Assembly: GCA_010015585.1 (NCBI GenBank) | Contig: ML975154.1 | Direction: 5' to 3' (one strand) | Length of the DNA stretch: 20,000 nt | Source of the DNA: Eremomyces bilateralis CBS 781.70 | Taxonomy: Eukaryota | Part shown: one piece after another, positions 1 through 10,119 of the stretch | How the letters are laid out: every line of letters starts with the position of its first letter | Numbering within the stretch: the stretch's first letter is position 1 | Notes under the pieces: generated by a model | What the model was told of the DNA's origin: nothing | Databases searched by the model: none | Seen by the model: only the letters and a program-made list of their open reading frames with translations | Made by a program: the position numbers and the translations under genes

Positions 1-117
1 TGCGCGTGTCCTGGACGCAGACACGCGTTTAAGCGGCGATGATATGGAAGGGGAAAGGGCGAGGGGATCGGGGGAGGAGATGTTTGTCTCGTCGAAAGGA
101 TCGGAATCGCTATCCAT
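1..117 (-). CDS. 5' end of an unknown protein, truncated by the window edge (MDSDSDPFDETNISSPDPLALSPSISSPLKRVSASRTRA...)
   Basis: ATG in gccATGg context at 117-115; frame open to base 1; acidic Ser/Pro-rich N-terminus with SP motifs; divergent from GEN1 across an AT-richer intergenic region. Not in the ORF track. Confidence 0.6.
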   Translation of the reverse strand, partial: MDSDSDPFDETNISSPDPLALSPSISSPLKRVSASRTRA

Positions 118-170
118 GGCCGCGGATATTATGCGGTGGTCACTAAGAAATCCAGTTATCGCAACATCCC

Positions 171-176
171 ACGCGT
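171..176. promoter_or_regulatory. MCB (MluI cell-cycle box) ACGCGT
   Basis: Exact ACGCGT about 54 bp upstream of the minus-strand ATG, in the divergent promoter shared with GEN1. Short motif, could be chance. Confidence 0.35.
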
Positions 177-468
177 TGTCCTCTGCGAGGCTCGCTTTTG
201 GATGATTTGAGCGTCAAGTGGGCTTCTGGGACGTGCAGTGGTTGCAGGCTTGGGATAAGGTGATATGAGGAGAGGAGATAGGACAACAAAAATATGTTTG
301 TCAAGGGATGAAGACGCTCGACTTATGGTTAAAATATTGATCTAACCTGAAAGACTACATAATAGTAAATGAATACACAGAAAACATTGGTGGGGTGAAG
401 TTCATCCACCATGTTGTTTCATCTGATGCTGATTCATATTGTTGATCTGGTTGCTATGGCACTCGGAT

Positions 469-476
469 GTAAACAA
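469..476 (+). promoter_or_regulatory. Forkhead-type site GTAAACAA
   Basis: Exact match to the fungal Fkh consensus about 170 bp upstream of the GEN1 ATG. Confidence 0.3.
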
Positions 477-638
477 GCCAGACCCTGATGTCTTCAGCTC
501 GAGATGCTTGGCATGGGAGGCTTCCCTTCAAAGACCGTAGCAATAATGACAATCCGAGCGGCTTTGAGTCCAACTTTTCATTTCCCTTTCTCAGCATGAT
601 TTTTGGACTCTAGCTATTACCAACCAAATGCCTCTGCA

Positions 639-3580
639 ATGGGGATCCATGGGTTAGTTTTGTGCAAAAGTTCTCCATTCTCTCTAACATTGTTCCACAG
701 TATATACAAAGAGATCGGCCCTGGACAGAGGATAGCTCTCTCGAAGCTTGCTGCAGATGCATTTACGAAGCACAAACGACCATTACGACTAGCAATAGAT
801 ACATCCATTTGGCTATTTCAGATTCAAGCATCCAAAGGTTTGAGAACTGGTTCAGCCCTTCGTAAAGCTCGCTGACTTGTATAGGCGGTACCAATCCCGC
901 TCTTCGGACATTCTATTATCGTTTAATTCGACTCCTCTCGCTCGCGATCCATCCGGTATTTGTTTTCGATGGCGACAACAAGCCACCATTCAAACGCAAC
1001 AAACGGACGGGAGCGAACGTAGCCTCGATCCCCGAATACTTTGCGAAAGACCTACTCAAATGGTTTGGATTCTCCGTCCACGAAGCTCCCGGCGAAGCAG
1101 AAGCAGAATGCGCTCTCCTCCAACGCGAGGGAATCGTGGATGCTGTTCTTTCCGAAGACGTCGACACTTTGATGTTTGGGAGCGGTACGACGATACGACT
1201 CTGGACGGCGGAAGGCAAAGGCAAGGTTCCGACGCATGTCAGCCTATATGATGCCGAGACTACTAAGAATGGTACATCCGGGTTGGATTGCGACGGAATG
1301 ATACTTGTGGCGCTCATGAGTGGAGGAGATTACATACCCGAGGGCCTGCCTGGATGTGGACCGAAGGTGGCGTGTGAAGCTGCTCGAGCTGGCTTTGGAA
1401 GAGAGCTATGCTCCATGAACCGACGCGATAAAGCGGCCTTGAAGGAATGGAGAGAGCGGTTGGTTCATGAGCTTCGGACCAATGAATCAAAATTCTTCAA
1501 GCGGAAACCTCGAAAATTTGACGTACCGGACAATTTCCCTAGCATGGAGATTTTGGGATACTATATGCAACCCGCAGTGTCGTCGAAGGAAACCATTGAT
1601 GGGTTGAAAAAATGTTTGGATCACATTTCAAGATGCGCTTCCGCAGAGGATCTCGAGCGCTATTGGAATACCTTGCAAGACCAAACATCCCAGAAACTGC
1701 GCTATTCGCTACGCTCGTTCTTCGAAAGACCGATTGACTTCGATAAACTCCGTACTTTCACCAGAGATGGTTTCAAATGGCAGTACCTGGACGACGCGAA
1801 GCATTTCATTCGCACGATGTATCCAGCCGCTTTGGTTCGGGAAATCAGATTGAACAATCTGGAGCATATTGGAACTGTGGTCGACTCCAAATCGGAACAA
1901 GCAGCTGTCAAAGCATTGCTCGGCTCTCGGGCGCATCCTGTCACCGATAATTGTACTGAGCTTCGGGTCGAATGCATCCCGGAGAAACTCGTACCGATAG
2001 ACCTCTCGAAAGAGGAGGCCACTTCAGCATTTCAGAGGGACGTAGGGACCGAAGACGAAGCCGAGTTGGGTGATGAAGACGCACCAAAGGGCCGTGGCCC
2101 AACCCTTTTCAATCCCAATGCGCCACAGCGTGTTTGGGTCCACGAAGTCTACGTCCAACATGGTCTCCCCGATCTCTACGACGGCTTCCAAAACACTCTA
2201 CGCATGAAGGCGATCGAAAAGGAAGACAAAGAACGGCGCCAGGCAGCCCGAAAAGCTGCGTCTACCGCTCCCAAAGGCGTACAAGCCGGTTCACTGGACC
2301 GATTCACCAGGGTGACGAAATCGGGACAACCAGGTCCATCTCTTAGGTCAGCCAAATCACCCACACCGCAGCCGGCATCTACAGCTCCGGCTGTGTCGGA
2401 AATCCCACATGCTCAAAGCGAGACACAGGCACCGCGAACGAGGGCGACGACCAAACGGAGAGATGCCATCCCTGCCACGCAGCCTGCTCGCTCGACCGAC
2501 CTACGACCCGTCGCAAACTTTCGCGTCCCACCAAGCCTCTCGTTCCTGGCCGAAAGGGAGGATACTGGGGCAGCCTTCATGGCGACTAGGACAAATGTTT
2601 CCTCGAGCAATCGTCACCTCGGCGAGGACTCATTCGACTATCCTCCGTCTTCTCAGCCGCAGGTAACAAAGCGAGGAAAGCGATCTCCCTTCTCCCGTTC
2701 TGAAACCCTCCCCGTGGGCATCGGAACCGGAATCTCCAATACCACTCCTCAATCCGAGGAAATCGACGGACTCGATGCATTTACGACTCTCATGCAGAGT
2801 GCCAAGGACGATTCCGCACTCGAGGTGCGGTCGCCGTTCAGAAAGCGACGGAAGACAGCTTCTTCACAGAGAGGCTCCAAGGAACCTCCCACGCCCAGAA
2901 AAGCAAAAGGTGCCGATGTAATTGACCTGATATCACCGAGTCCCAAGAAACAGACCAGCATCTCGAGTTTCGTGACCAGATCATCTCCCAGGAAGGATAA
3001 GGAGGATGACGGTCATGATGATATGCGTCGGGGACACGATTCTTTTTTAGATGATTGGCTAGAATCAGCGGGAGGTCGTCAAAAGGGTTTGGGTGATATT
3101 GAGCATGACGGTTCCCGCCGCTTCTGGCCAGAGAACCAAAAGCTACACGATGATGCAGGCCTGCAGCGGCTTGACTTGACGGACTCACCACGCAGTGCAC
3201 GAGCCAAGGCCCGTGCGAATAGGCTACAAGAGGGCTCCGCAAGTGAAGCTATGATTATCCATTCGGATGCTGTGGCGCGAGTGAACCTCACCGGAATTGT
3301 ACAGCCGCCATCATTGCGAGCGCCGGCTTCCTCACTAAGCTCCAGGCGGTCACTCGCGGAGCTGAAAGATGGGAATATTCCCCAATCGAAGGCCCAGATT
3401 GCAGGCTATGGTGCGCAGACAGAGGGTGAACCCGCAACGAAGGCACAGGACAAGCAGGAGATTGTCGCTCCAAGGGCGAAGAAGAAACAGACTCATGTGC
3501 TTGTCAAGGATGACGGCAGCTGGGAATGGGGGACGAATGGTGTTCGGGTCGAGATTATTGACCTGACCAAAGTTAACTGA
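639..3580 (+). CDS. GEN1: XPG/Rad2-family Holliday junction resolvase GEN1/Yen1, about 948 aa; exons 639-652, 701-837, 885-3580
   Basis: Spliced product reads MGIHGIYKEIGPG...LAIDTSIW...GGTNPALRTFYYRL...PVFVFDG (XPG-N), APGEAEAECA...SEDVDTLMFG (XPG-I), SGGDY..GLPGCG (H3TH). Introns 653-700 (GTTAGT..CTAAC..CAG) and 838-884 (GTTTGA..CTGAC..TAG) join the frames into the 1136..3580 ORF. Confidence 0.92.
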
Positions 3581-3932
3581 GGCTTCCTACCATGATGATA
3601 ATGAGTATGAAGCACTATTAGGAGTTGATCGGAGTACATAGATGCATCCGATGGTGAGTTGAATTCAGGACCAAGGTCAGGTGACCCCGGTCCAGATGTC
3701 AATCAACGTCGTTTTACAACGCCGATCAAACAATGTCACAAATTATCCTTCCACTTCGTATGTGGAGAGGACCTATCCATCGTGATCCACTATCAAAAAG
3801 TATCGCTCCGTCAAGGTCGCTTGAGACCAGGCAACAATGCGCAGCAGGTCGGAGAAATTATCCCGCCCCAGCTTACAACATGAAGCAACATGTATGCCGT
3901 GGTCGTGGCCACGGCTCCATGTTACGGACCAC

Positions 3933-3956
3933 CGGAATATCGGAACATCGGAATAT
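3933..3956 (+). repeat. 8-bp tandem repeat CGGAA(T/C)AT x3
   Basis: cggaatat cggaacat cggaatat read directly. Confidence 0.7.
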
Positions 3957-4285
3957 CGATGAAGGATTTATTTATCGGAGAACCTCCAATGATGCCTCGT
4001 CGTCAAGGCCCAGCCCCAAGCCGATTGGGTTTCCATGCATATTGCGCTACCCATACGGAATACAGACGTCCAGGCTCAGCCACAATGGGCAGCATTTTAA
4101 GGCAGCGGTTTCGCGTCTCTTTGCTTGCACAAGTTATGCTTAACTTTCGTATTCTTCGATCATCCTAACTGGCTGTTTCACCGCGGTGTTGCAGGATAGG
4201 GTATCTCCGCTCAAAACGCCTTGGGCAGCGAGATGAGATCCTCCCCTCAACATCCCAGCCTGTAGTTGACTCGGAACGCTTCTCC

Positions 4286-4393
4286 TGTTCGGCAAGCAAC
4301 CAATTGTTCACCCTGAATCCTCCTCATGTTCGGCAAGCAACCAATTGTTCACCCTGAATCCTTCTCATGTTCGGCAAGCAACCAATTGTTCAC
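4286..4393 (+). repeat. 41-bp tandem repeat, about 2.6 copies
   Basis: Unit TGTTCGGCAAGCAACCAATTGTTCACCCTGAATCCT(C/T)CTCA at 4286-4326 and 4327-4367 (one mismatch), plus a 26-bp partial copy at 4368-4393. Confidence 0.95.
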
Positions 4394-4910
4394 GGAGCCA
4401 TCATCGACCCGAATCACATCCTTTACATAGTACTTGTATCTTATTATACCATGGCGCGGCCACCAGATTCGCTATCGGAGAAATAGCCTATCATGCAACC
4501 TGCGGCAACAGTCGGATCAGATATATCTGGACTCAGCCAGGAGGCCGTTCATTCGCCTTGCGAGTCAAAACAGGTTTCTTCTCATTTGATCTATCTCCTA
4601 TGCTCATATTGGTCGAGTCGCCGATTCTCATCTTATTCGATATTAGTGCGGCTCTGTTCATATCCTGTCTATTGTAAATCTTGCGCTATCTGATATGGGG
4701 ATCTACAGATTCCTCTAGTACACTTAATGGTCATCATACCCTCACCAATAGGTTGAACTTTCCTTCCGAGCTTTTCTCGCCACGTTCCATTTTCCTTGCA
4801 AGAGCGGATGTCCACCTCAATGTATCTTGGTTAGCCTACATTTTCCTTATTGCATGGATAACCTCGAGCCAAGCCACCCATATCCGAAAGATCCATCTCC
4901 TTCCCTAGCC

Positions 4911-6635
4911 ATGGACCCTCCGACGAGCCAAACGTCCAGGATTGTCCCTCCTCGGCTCCTTCATCTTCCCTTCACGAACTCCATAACCCGGACTCCAAAG
5001 CTCGAGGAGGCGCTCAGGAAGATGTACCCGGATTTGTCATCTTACGAGAATCGTCTGAGAGCGCTCGTGTTTCAGTATCAATTCCGGCCTGGCTCACTGC
5101 TCTCTGAAAAGAACAATTCGCGGGAGTTTCTGTTCACGGCGCTGCAGGACATGTACTCCAATTATCCAGAGGAATACCGGCTAAACATCCTAATGGTAAA
5201 TTTCATCCTGATGAATGTGGCTGTTGGAATGTTGCCTGCAGTGGTCGCCAGCAAGAGACGAGGCGGGTCTCCGGAGGTGGATATCAAGGGGAAAGATATG
5301 GACGATGCCAGGGAGAAAGAGAGGCCCACAGCTCCAGAGGTAACTATCAAAACAGAAGACGCCAATCAGGTGGCAACGGGTGGTTCTTCAGCTCGAAGTG
5401 TCGCATCAAGCGGTTCTGCGAGTCCTAGAATTATGGTGCTCAATAGCAACAAGGGAATGAGTCTCGAAACGAGGAAACGACGAAGGCCAAAGACGGAGGA
5501 GGAGCGTGATAGCATCAAGCGCGCTCGATCTCACGGCGCGTGTAAAGACTGCAGAAAGAGCAAGCATAAGGTGACCGGGACGAACCCCCTATCTTGCTCT
5601 GCTAACGATTCTCAGTGTCATCATATCCCTGCAGACGACAACGGAGGAAAGACGAGAGATCCAAAGCTGAGATCGTATGCAATCGTTCCATTATGAAATC
5701 TATGGAGGCTGACGTACTGAAGATTGGCTCCCGCCTTCCCCCTCCCTGGCTTCCAAGCTGGAGCCCCGGAACAGGGTTCTGGGAAACAAAGAACTGAAGA
5801 CCTTGACCATTCTTCATCCCATGCTGGACTTCACGTATCTGCGCAAAGAGAAAATCGCCACGCCACGCGTAGCAAGTCACGCCGGCAGCGAATGCAGGCA
5901 CCTCACTCTTCACCGCCATCGGGGCCGCATTCGGCAGGTTCGGTTGATACCTTCAAACACTTCATTGCACCCGAGACGTCTAGAGTTCATCACGGAACTA
6001 CTTCTAAACGTCGGAACGGTCATTCTGGCAACCACGACATCCTAGTAGGGGCTAAAAGCGCTCCTACTACCGGTGATCCACCATATTCTGGACAAACACC
6101 AAGTATCAACAGTATGTCACCTAATTTCAGTCTCTTCGGTCCACCTTCCAGAGATTGCGGTCTGGCCTCCCAAGTGCCTGGAAACCAACCCCAACATGGA
6201 CAGGACCGTTATTGGTTAAGGCAACCCCTCCCGACCGGATCTGATCATGGTCCACCCCCTACATTCCGCCATCTAGGAGCTTTGCGAGTTTCTGAAAGGC
6301 TTGCCACACAATCCATGCCGGACAGCATCCCTTCCAGCCCTGGCCAAAGGACAAATCGCCATGGAGGGCCTCCAACCACCAACCCCGAGCGGATGGCCGT
6401 TACCCAGGTTTCGGACTTTGGAGCCTTGGAGTTCTCTTTTGATAATGATATGGCCAACATTATCTCGTTACTACCTGATTTTACATTTCCTGGTGAGGAT
6501 CCCCAAGGCATGGATCCGGTCATTTCCATGGCGTTGGACTCTCTCATGGATTTTCCGGAGGATTTCAACTGGCTCGAGGTATTCCAGGAGCTGCCCCGAC
6601 AAAATGATGGCAATCATCCTGTAGAGAATCTGTAG
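4911..6635 (+). CDS. Putative transcription factor with a half/degenerate Zn2Cys6-like motif, about 543 aa; exons 4911-5570, 5616-5674, 5723-6635
   Basis: gccATGg start at 4911. Basic stretch RKRRRPK...IKRARSHGACKDCRKSKHK|CHH. Introns 5571-5615 (GTGACC..GCTAAC..CAG) and 5675-5722 (GTATGC..GCTGAC..AAG) join ORFs 4827..5696 and 5724..6635 in frame. Acidic/hydrophobic C-terminus (DSLMDFPEDFNWLEVF) resembles an activation domain. Confidence 0.75.
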
Positions 6636-7020
6636 GCAGATTCCACTCTGTCGCATTTGCTCCGGCTACGGCCGGACCCATGTCTTCAGGTATGATTTTA
6701 TTTTTCGTGGTTATGCCAGATCTGTCATCGTGCTTCTCTTAACTTTTTGTCCAATTGTATTGTTTTGCTTCAATCCTGGCAAGTATCTTGGATTTTGAGC
6801 GAGCTTGGACCAATCCCAGGGACTAGGAGTCTTTCTTTCGTTTAATTGTTTACTCTTTAATTCTGAGCCTTCAGCGTTGTCATTTTCAGCAATTCCTCTA
6901 AACAAGGAATTGCATCCAGGAGCTGAACCTGGGCATCCTTGTTGTTTGGTCATTAGTCCACCGACGGGGAGAGTGCAGGTTCTTATCCGACACTGGCATC
7001 AGTGGCCGTTGCTCCATTTA

Positions 7021-7072
7021 TTTCCATAGCGCTGCTCTACCGTTACCAGATGTTTTTCCATAGCGCTGCTCT
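7021..7072 (+). repeat. 18-bp direct repeat TTTCCATAGCGCTGCTCT x2 with a 16-bp spacer
   Basis: Identical copies at 7021-7038 and 7055-7072. Confidence 0.85.
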
Positions 7073-7704
7073 GGGCCGTATAGAACACGAGTTGGCATGG
7101 TGAGCTAGACAATATCGCTGACTCCAGTGTTTGCCAGGTATGATCTTGCTCTTACCAACGGTTCTCTACATCGGAAGGTAGGTCAGCCTGTATGGAACCT
7201 TTTGCATTGACTACTTATTAACTTCTCAAGCAGATTTCCATTTGCATCGGTACGGTTCTAGCCTCACGGGCGTTTCTCACTTCATCCACACGACGTCGAC
7301 GGGCTCTCTTATTCCCTGCGTGCAGATCTGAACAGTGGCGGATGGTGTATGTAACCCATGTGACGTCTAGAAAATGCATCAGCTTACATGGATCTAGTTT
7401 CTGAATACATTTATACGAGCATACGTAGGGTAGAATCTCGTCGCGAAGAGTCTCGGGAGGGATGCACTGGATTTACTGAAGAATTCCATTGAGCTCTGCT
7501 CGATATTCGAATGATGAGGATCACGTGCATCCACAATATAGTTCCAATCAGCGAATAGAGATAGTTTGAGAGAGTCTTCTTTTGATTCAAAGTTATTCTC
7601 AGGTAGTACTTGCTGTGTTGGTATCGATCAACTCAAATCACCACCCAGCGCTAACCCGTCCTCAAATGAACTAACCATGCCCGAAACAAAATTGCTACCG
7701 CGCA

Positions 7705-9456
7705 TCAAGGAGCTAGCAATCCCTCCTTCTCCAACGCGTCCAGATCCCCCCCAGCCGCCATAACCAGCTTGGCCGCTGCCTGACTGAGCTTCTTCCGCCT
7801 ATCCGCCGCCTCTTTCTCCCGCCTTGCCTTCGTCTTCGATGATCCTGACGGAGCCACCCCGTTCAATATCTTGCTGCTGTCGTCAGGCGTGAAATTCACA
7901 AACCATGATCCCCCCGCTCCGTTGCACATGCTCTTGCTCTGCCCGTGGCCTTGCCCGTGGCCGCTCTTTCGACGCTGCGTCCCCGCACCAGGCGGCCTCG
8001 TGGAAGCGCGGCGGGGACGAGGCGGAGAGGCAGAACCTTCTCGGGTGGTGGCACGCGGCTGTCGGGAGGACGCCGGGGAGAGATCATGGGCTCCGCTAGA
8101 ACTGCCGACACCTCCGGTACGTTGCCCATGTGCACGCATTCGGTTGGGCGGGTGCCGCAGATACGGAGTCGAGCCGTTGAGGGCGAGAGGCGAGGCAGGG
8201 AAGGACGCGGTTTGGATTTGATGCAACGTGGCCGGTGAGTTTTGCCTGGGCAGCGACTGCTGCAGAAGACTGTCGATTCCCAAAGAGGCCGGCGGTTCGC
8301 ATTGTATCATCAGACCCTGTGTCGCAAGGCTGGTGGAGGCAGTGTCGTCGAATAGATGCGATGGGGCAGATACCATCGGCCCTGATTGGCTGCTTGGGTG
8401 TCCGGCGCTAACTGCTTCCCACCAATGCAAATTTGAACTTCCAGCCTTGTCCATCGAGAAAGCATTCGAGTTTGGAAAGCCGAAGTTGGAATCGAAAGTT
8501 GGAGCAGAGGTCCAAGGAGATATTGGGATCGATTTCGTCTGTGGTGGTGTTTGCAGGGAGTTCTGAGCGGCATTCTCATACAATGAAGTCGGGGATACCT
8601 GAGTCGATATTCGACGAGAATCGCTCGAGTCGGTAGTTGGCGAGGTCACCGGTGTCGATTGGCCTTGTAAAGGCAGAGAATATGTCGTCGATAAAGGCGA
8701 AAGCAGGTGGTCGAAGCTAGCTTGTCCACTGAGGGTTCTCGACTGCTGGCGCGATAGTCGAGGGAACTCCTTTGGTACAGGCGAGGACGGGCTGTTCTGA
8801 AAATCCTGTGGGAATGAATCTACCGCCTGTTCAATGCGGGCAGCCCACGTTTCGGGATGTCGAGGACGGTAATGGTTCGGCGAGAGCATCTTGGGCGGTT
8901 GGAGAGACTTGGGGGAATTCTTCCACTGAGACTTTTCGACTGCTCCACGACTCTGTTGCCGCAGTGCACATCGAATTGCAGAAGAGAGGCGGGACTGATT
9001 TTTATAATGTGTTAGGGAAGGTGAGGAGGGTGTTGATCCAAAGTGGGCGGGCTCTGCCTTTTGAAGGTTGTTGCTCTTAAGGCTGAATGGAATATCAGAC
9101 GTCGATAGAGAGCCGCGTCCTATAGATTTCGGGTAGATAGGCTGATGGGATGCATTAAATTGAGGCGAGGCTGCCCCAAGTTCGGCATACTCGTTATGCG
9201 GCCAGTGGGGTAAGGTACTTGCGAAGTACGGCGACGATAAATTCGGTGGTGACTGGTCGCTGGTCAAGGCTGTGGAGCTAAACAACTTCGAAAACTCCTC
9301 TGAACTTGGTCCAGCGAATGAATTCTCGTCTGTCGCTCCAAAGAGGTCTGCATTGATATATTGGTCAAAGACATCATCGTAGGAGGGTTCGAGCCATTCG
9401 AATTCTTTGTTCGCCCGCTGTGCGGGCAACTCGAATCGCTTGTGAATCCCTGCCAT
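7705..9456 (-). CDS. wetA: Developmental regulator WetA (spore maturation), 583 aa, intronless
   Basis: C-terminal ESC1/WetA domain FVNFTPDDSSKILNGVAPSGSSKTKARREKEAADRRKKLSQAA; N-terminal SYDDVFDQYIN motif as in Aspergillus WetA; Ser/Pro/Gln-rich middle. Confidence 0.93.
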   Translation of the reverse strand: MAGIHKRFELPAQRANKEFEWLEPSYDDVFDQYINADLFGATDENSFAGPSSEEFSKLFSSTALTSDQSPPNLSSPYFASTLPHWPHNEYAELGAASPQFNASHQPIYPKSIGRGSLSTSDIPFSLKSNNLQKAEPAHFGSTPSSPSLTHYKNQSRLSSAIRCALRQQSRGAVEKSQWKNSPKSLQPPKMLSPNHYRPRHPETWAARIEQAVDSFPQDFQNSPSSPVPKEFPRLSRQQSRTLSGQASFDHLLSPLSTTYSLPLQGQSTPVTSPTTDSSDSRRISTQVSPTSLYENAAQNSLQTPPQTKSIPISPWTSAPTFDSNFGFPNSNAFSMDKAGSSNLHWWEAVSAGHPSSQSGPMVSAPSHLFDDTASTSLATQGLMIQCEPPASLGIDSLLQQSLPRQNSPATLHQIQTASFPASPLALNGSTPYLRHPPNRMRAHGQRTGGVGSSSGAHDLSPASSRQPRATTREGSASPPRPRRASTRPPGAGTQRRKSGHGQGHGQSKSMCNGAGGSWFVNFTPDDSSKILNGVAPSGSSKTKARREKEAADRRKKLSQAAAKLVMAAGGDLDALEKEGLLAP

Positions 9457-9706
9457 CTTCGGTCAAATGTCGTGCTTTTGGAGTGAATTCGCCACAGTTG
9501 AGCTCATTCGATTCGCATATAGGAGGCTTGAAGGGATAATAATGCGGAGGTGGGAGGACAATTAGGGTAATATGTATGTGGAGATGGTGTCCATAGGCAA
9601 CGGCAATGCGAGCAAGGGAGCAAACATGGAGAAAGTCGACCAACTTAGTAAAATGCTTTATATTAGGGATATGAACCTATTACCCAGCCTCCCTTCAGGA
9701 AAGGGG

Positions 9707-10100
9707 CATTCTTTTGTTGAAACAGCGGCATGGCATTCCAATAGCTTTTGCTAAGCTTGGGGCATGATACGCCTTGTAGCCAAATCCTGCAGGACTCATG
9801 TGGCTGGCGTTGGCATTCCAGTACCGTACCAAGGACGGGAAGAGTCTCCTGACCAACCATCAATTGAGGAATGTTAGTGTCACTTGCCACACCAGATCCA
9901 ATGTCCACAACAGTCTTCATGATGGGGGCCCTGGTGACCGGGCATCAGGTAATGCAGTTACTCATGATAATGAACAAGACCAGTCATGTCCTGTCTACAC
10001 AATCTAGGGATAGTTTCGACAACTGTGAAGTGCTGATGCTAAGAAGACCATGAATGCATTGTTGCTTCAAGCTGCATTCGGAAATGGGGCGATTGGAATG
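9707..10100. promoter_or_regulatory. Cluster of five AbaA/TEA response elements (CATTCY) upstream of wetA
   Basis: CATTCT 9707-9712, CATTCC 9734-9739 and 9814-9819, GGAATG 9868-9873 and 10095-10100. AbaA binding to CATTCY in the wetA promoter is established in Aspergillus nidulans. Confidence 0.75.
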
Positions 10101-10109
10101 TTGGCTGGC

Positions 10110-10119
10110 ATCACGTGAT
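10110..10119. promoter_or_regulatory. Palindromic E-box ATCACGTGAT (bHLH, Cbf1-type); a second GCACGTGAT at 10874-10882
   Basis: Perfect 10-bp palindrome in the wetA/SDH5 divergent region; the second site lies about 155 bp upstream of the SDH5 ATG. Confidence 0.35.

Noticed and set aside
1136..3580. 814-aa ORF as the complete gene
   Set aside because: It starts at a GTG inside the XPG-I domain; the real start is ATG 639 via two introns.
4286..4393. CRISPR-like appearance of 26-bp repeats with 15-bp spacers
   Set aside because: The spacers are near-identical, so it is a plain tandem repeat; eukaryotic context and no cas genes.
9374..9643. 89-aa ORF overlapping the wetA start
   Set aside because: TTG start, out of frame with wetA and no recognisable features.
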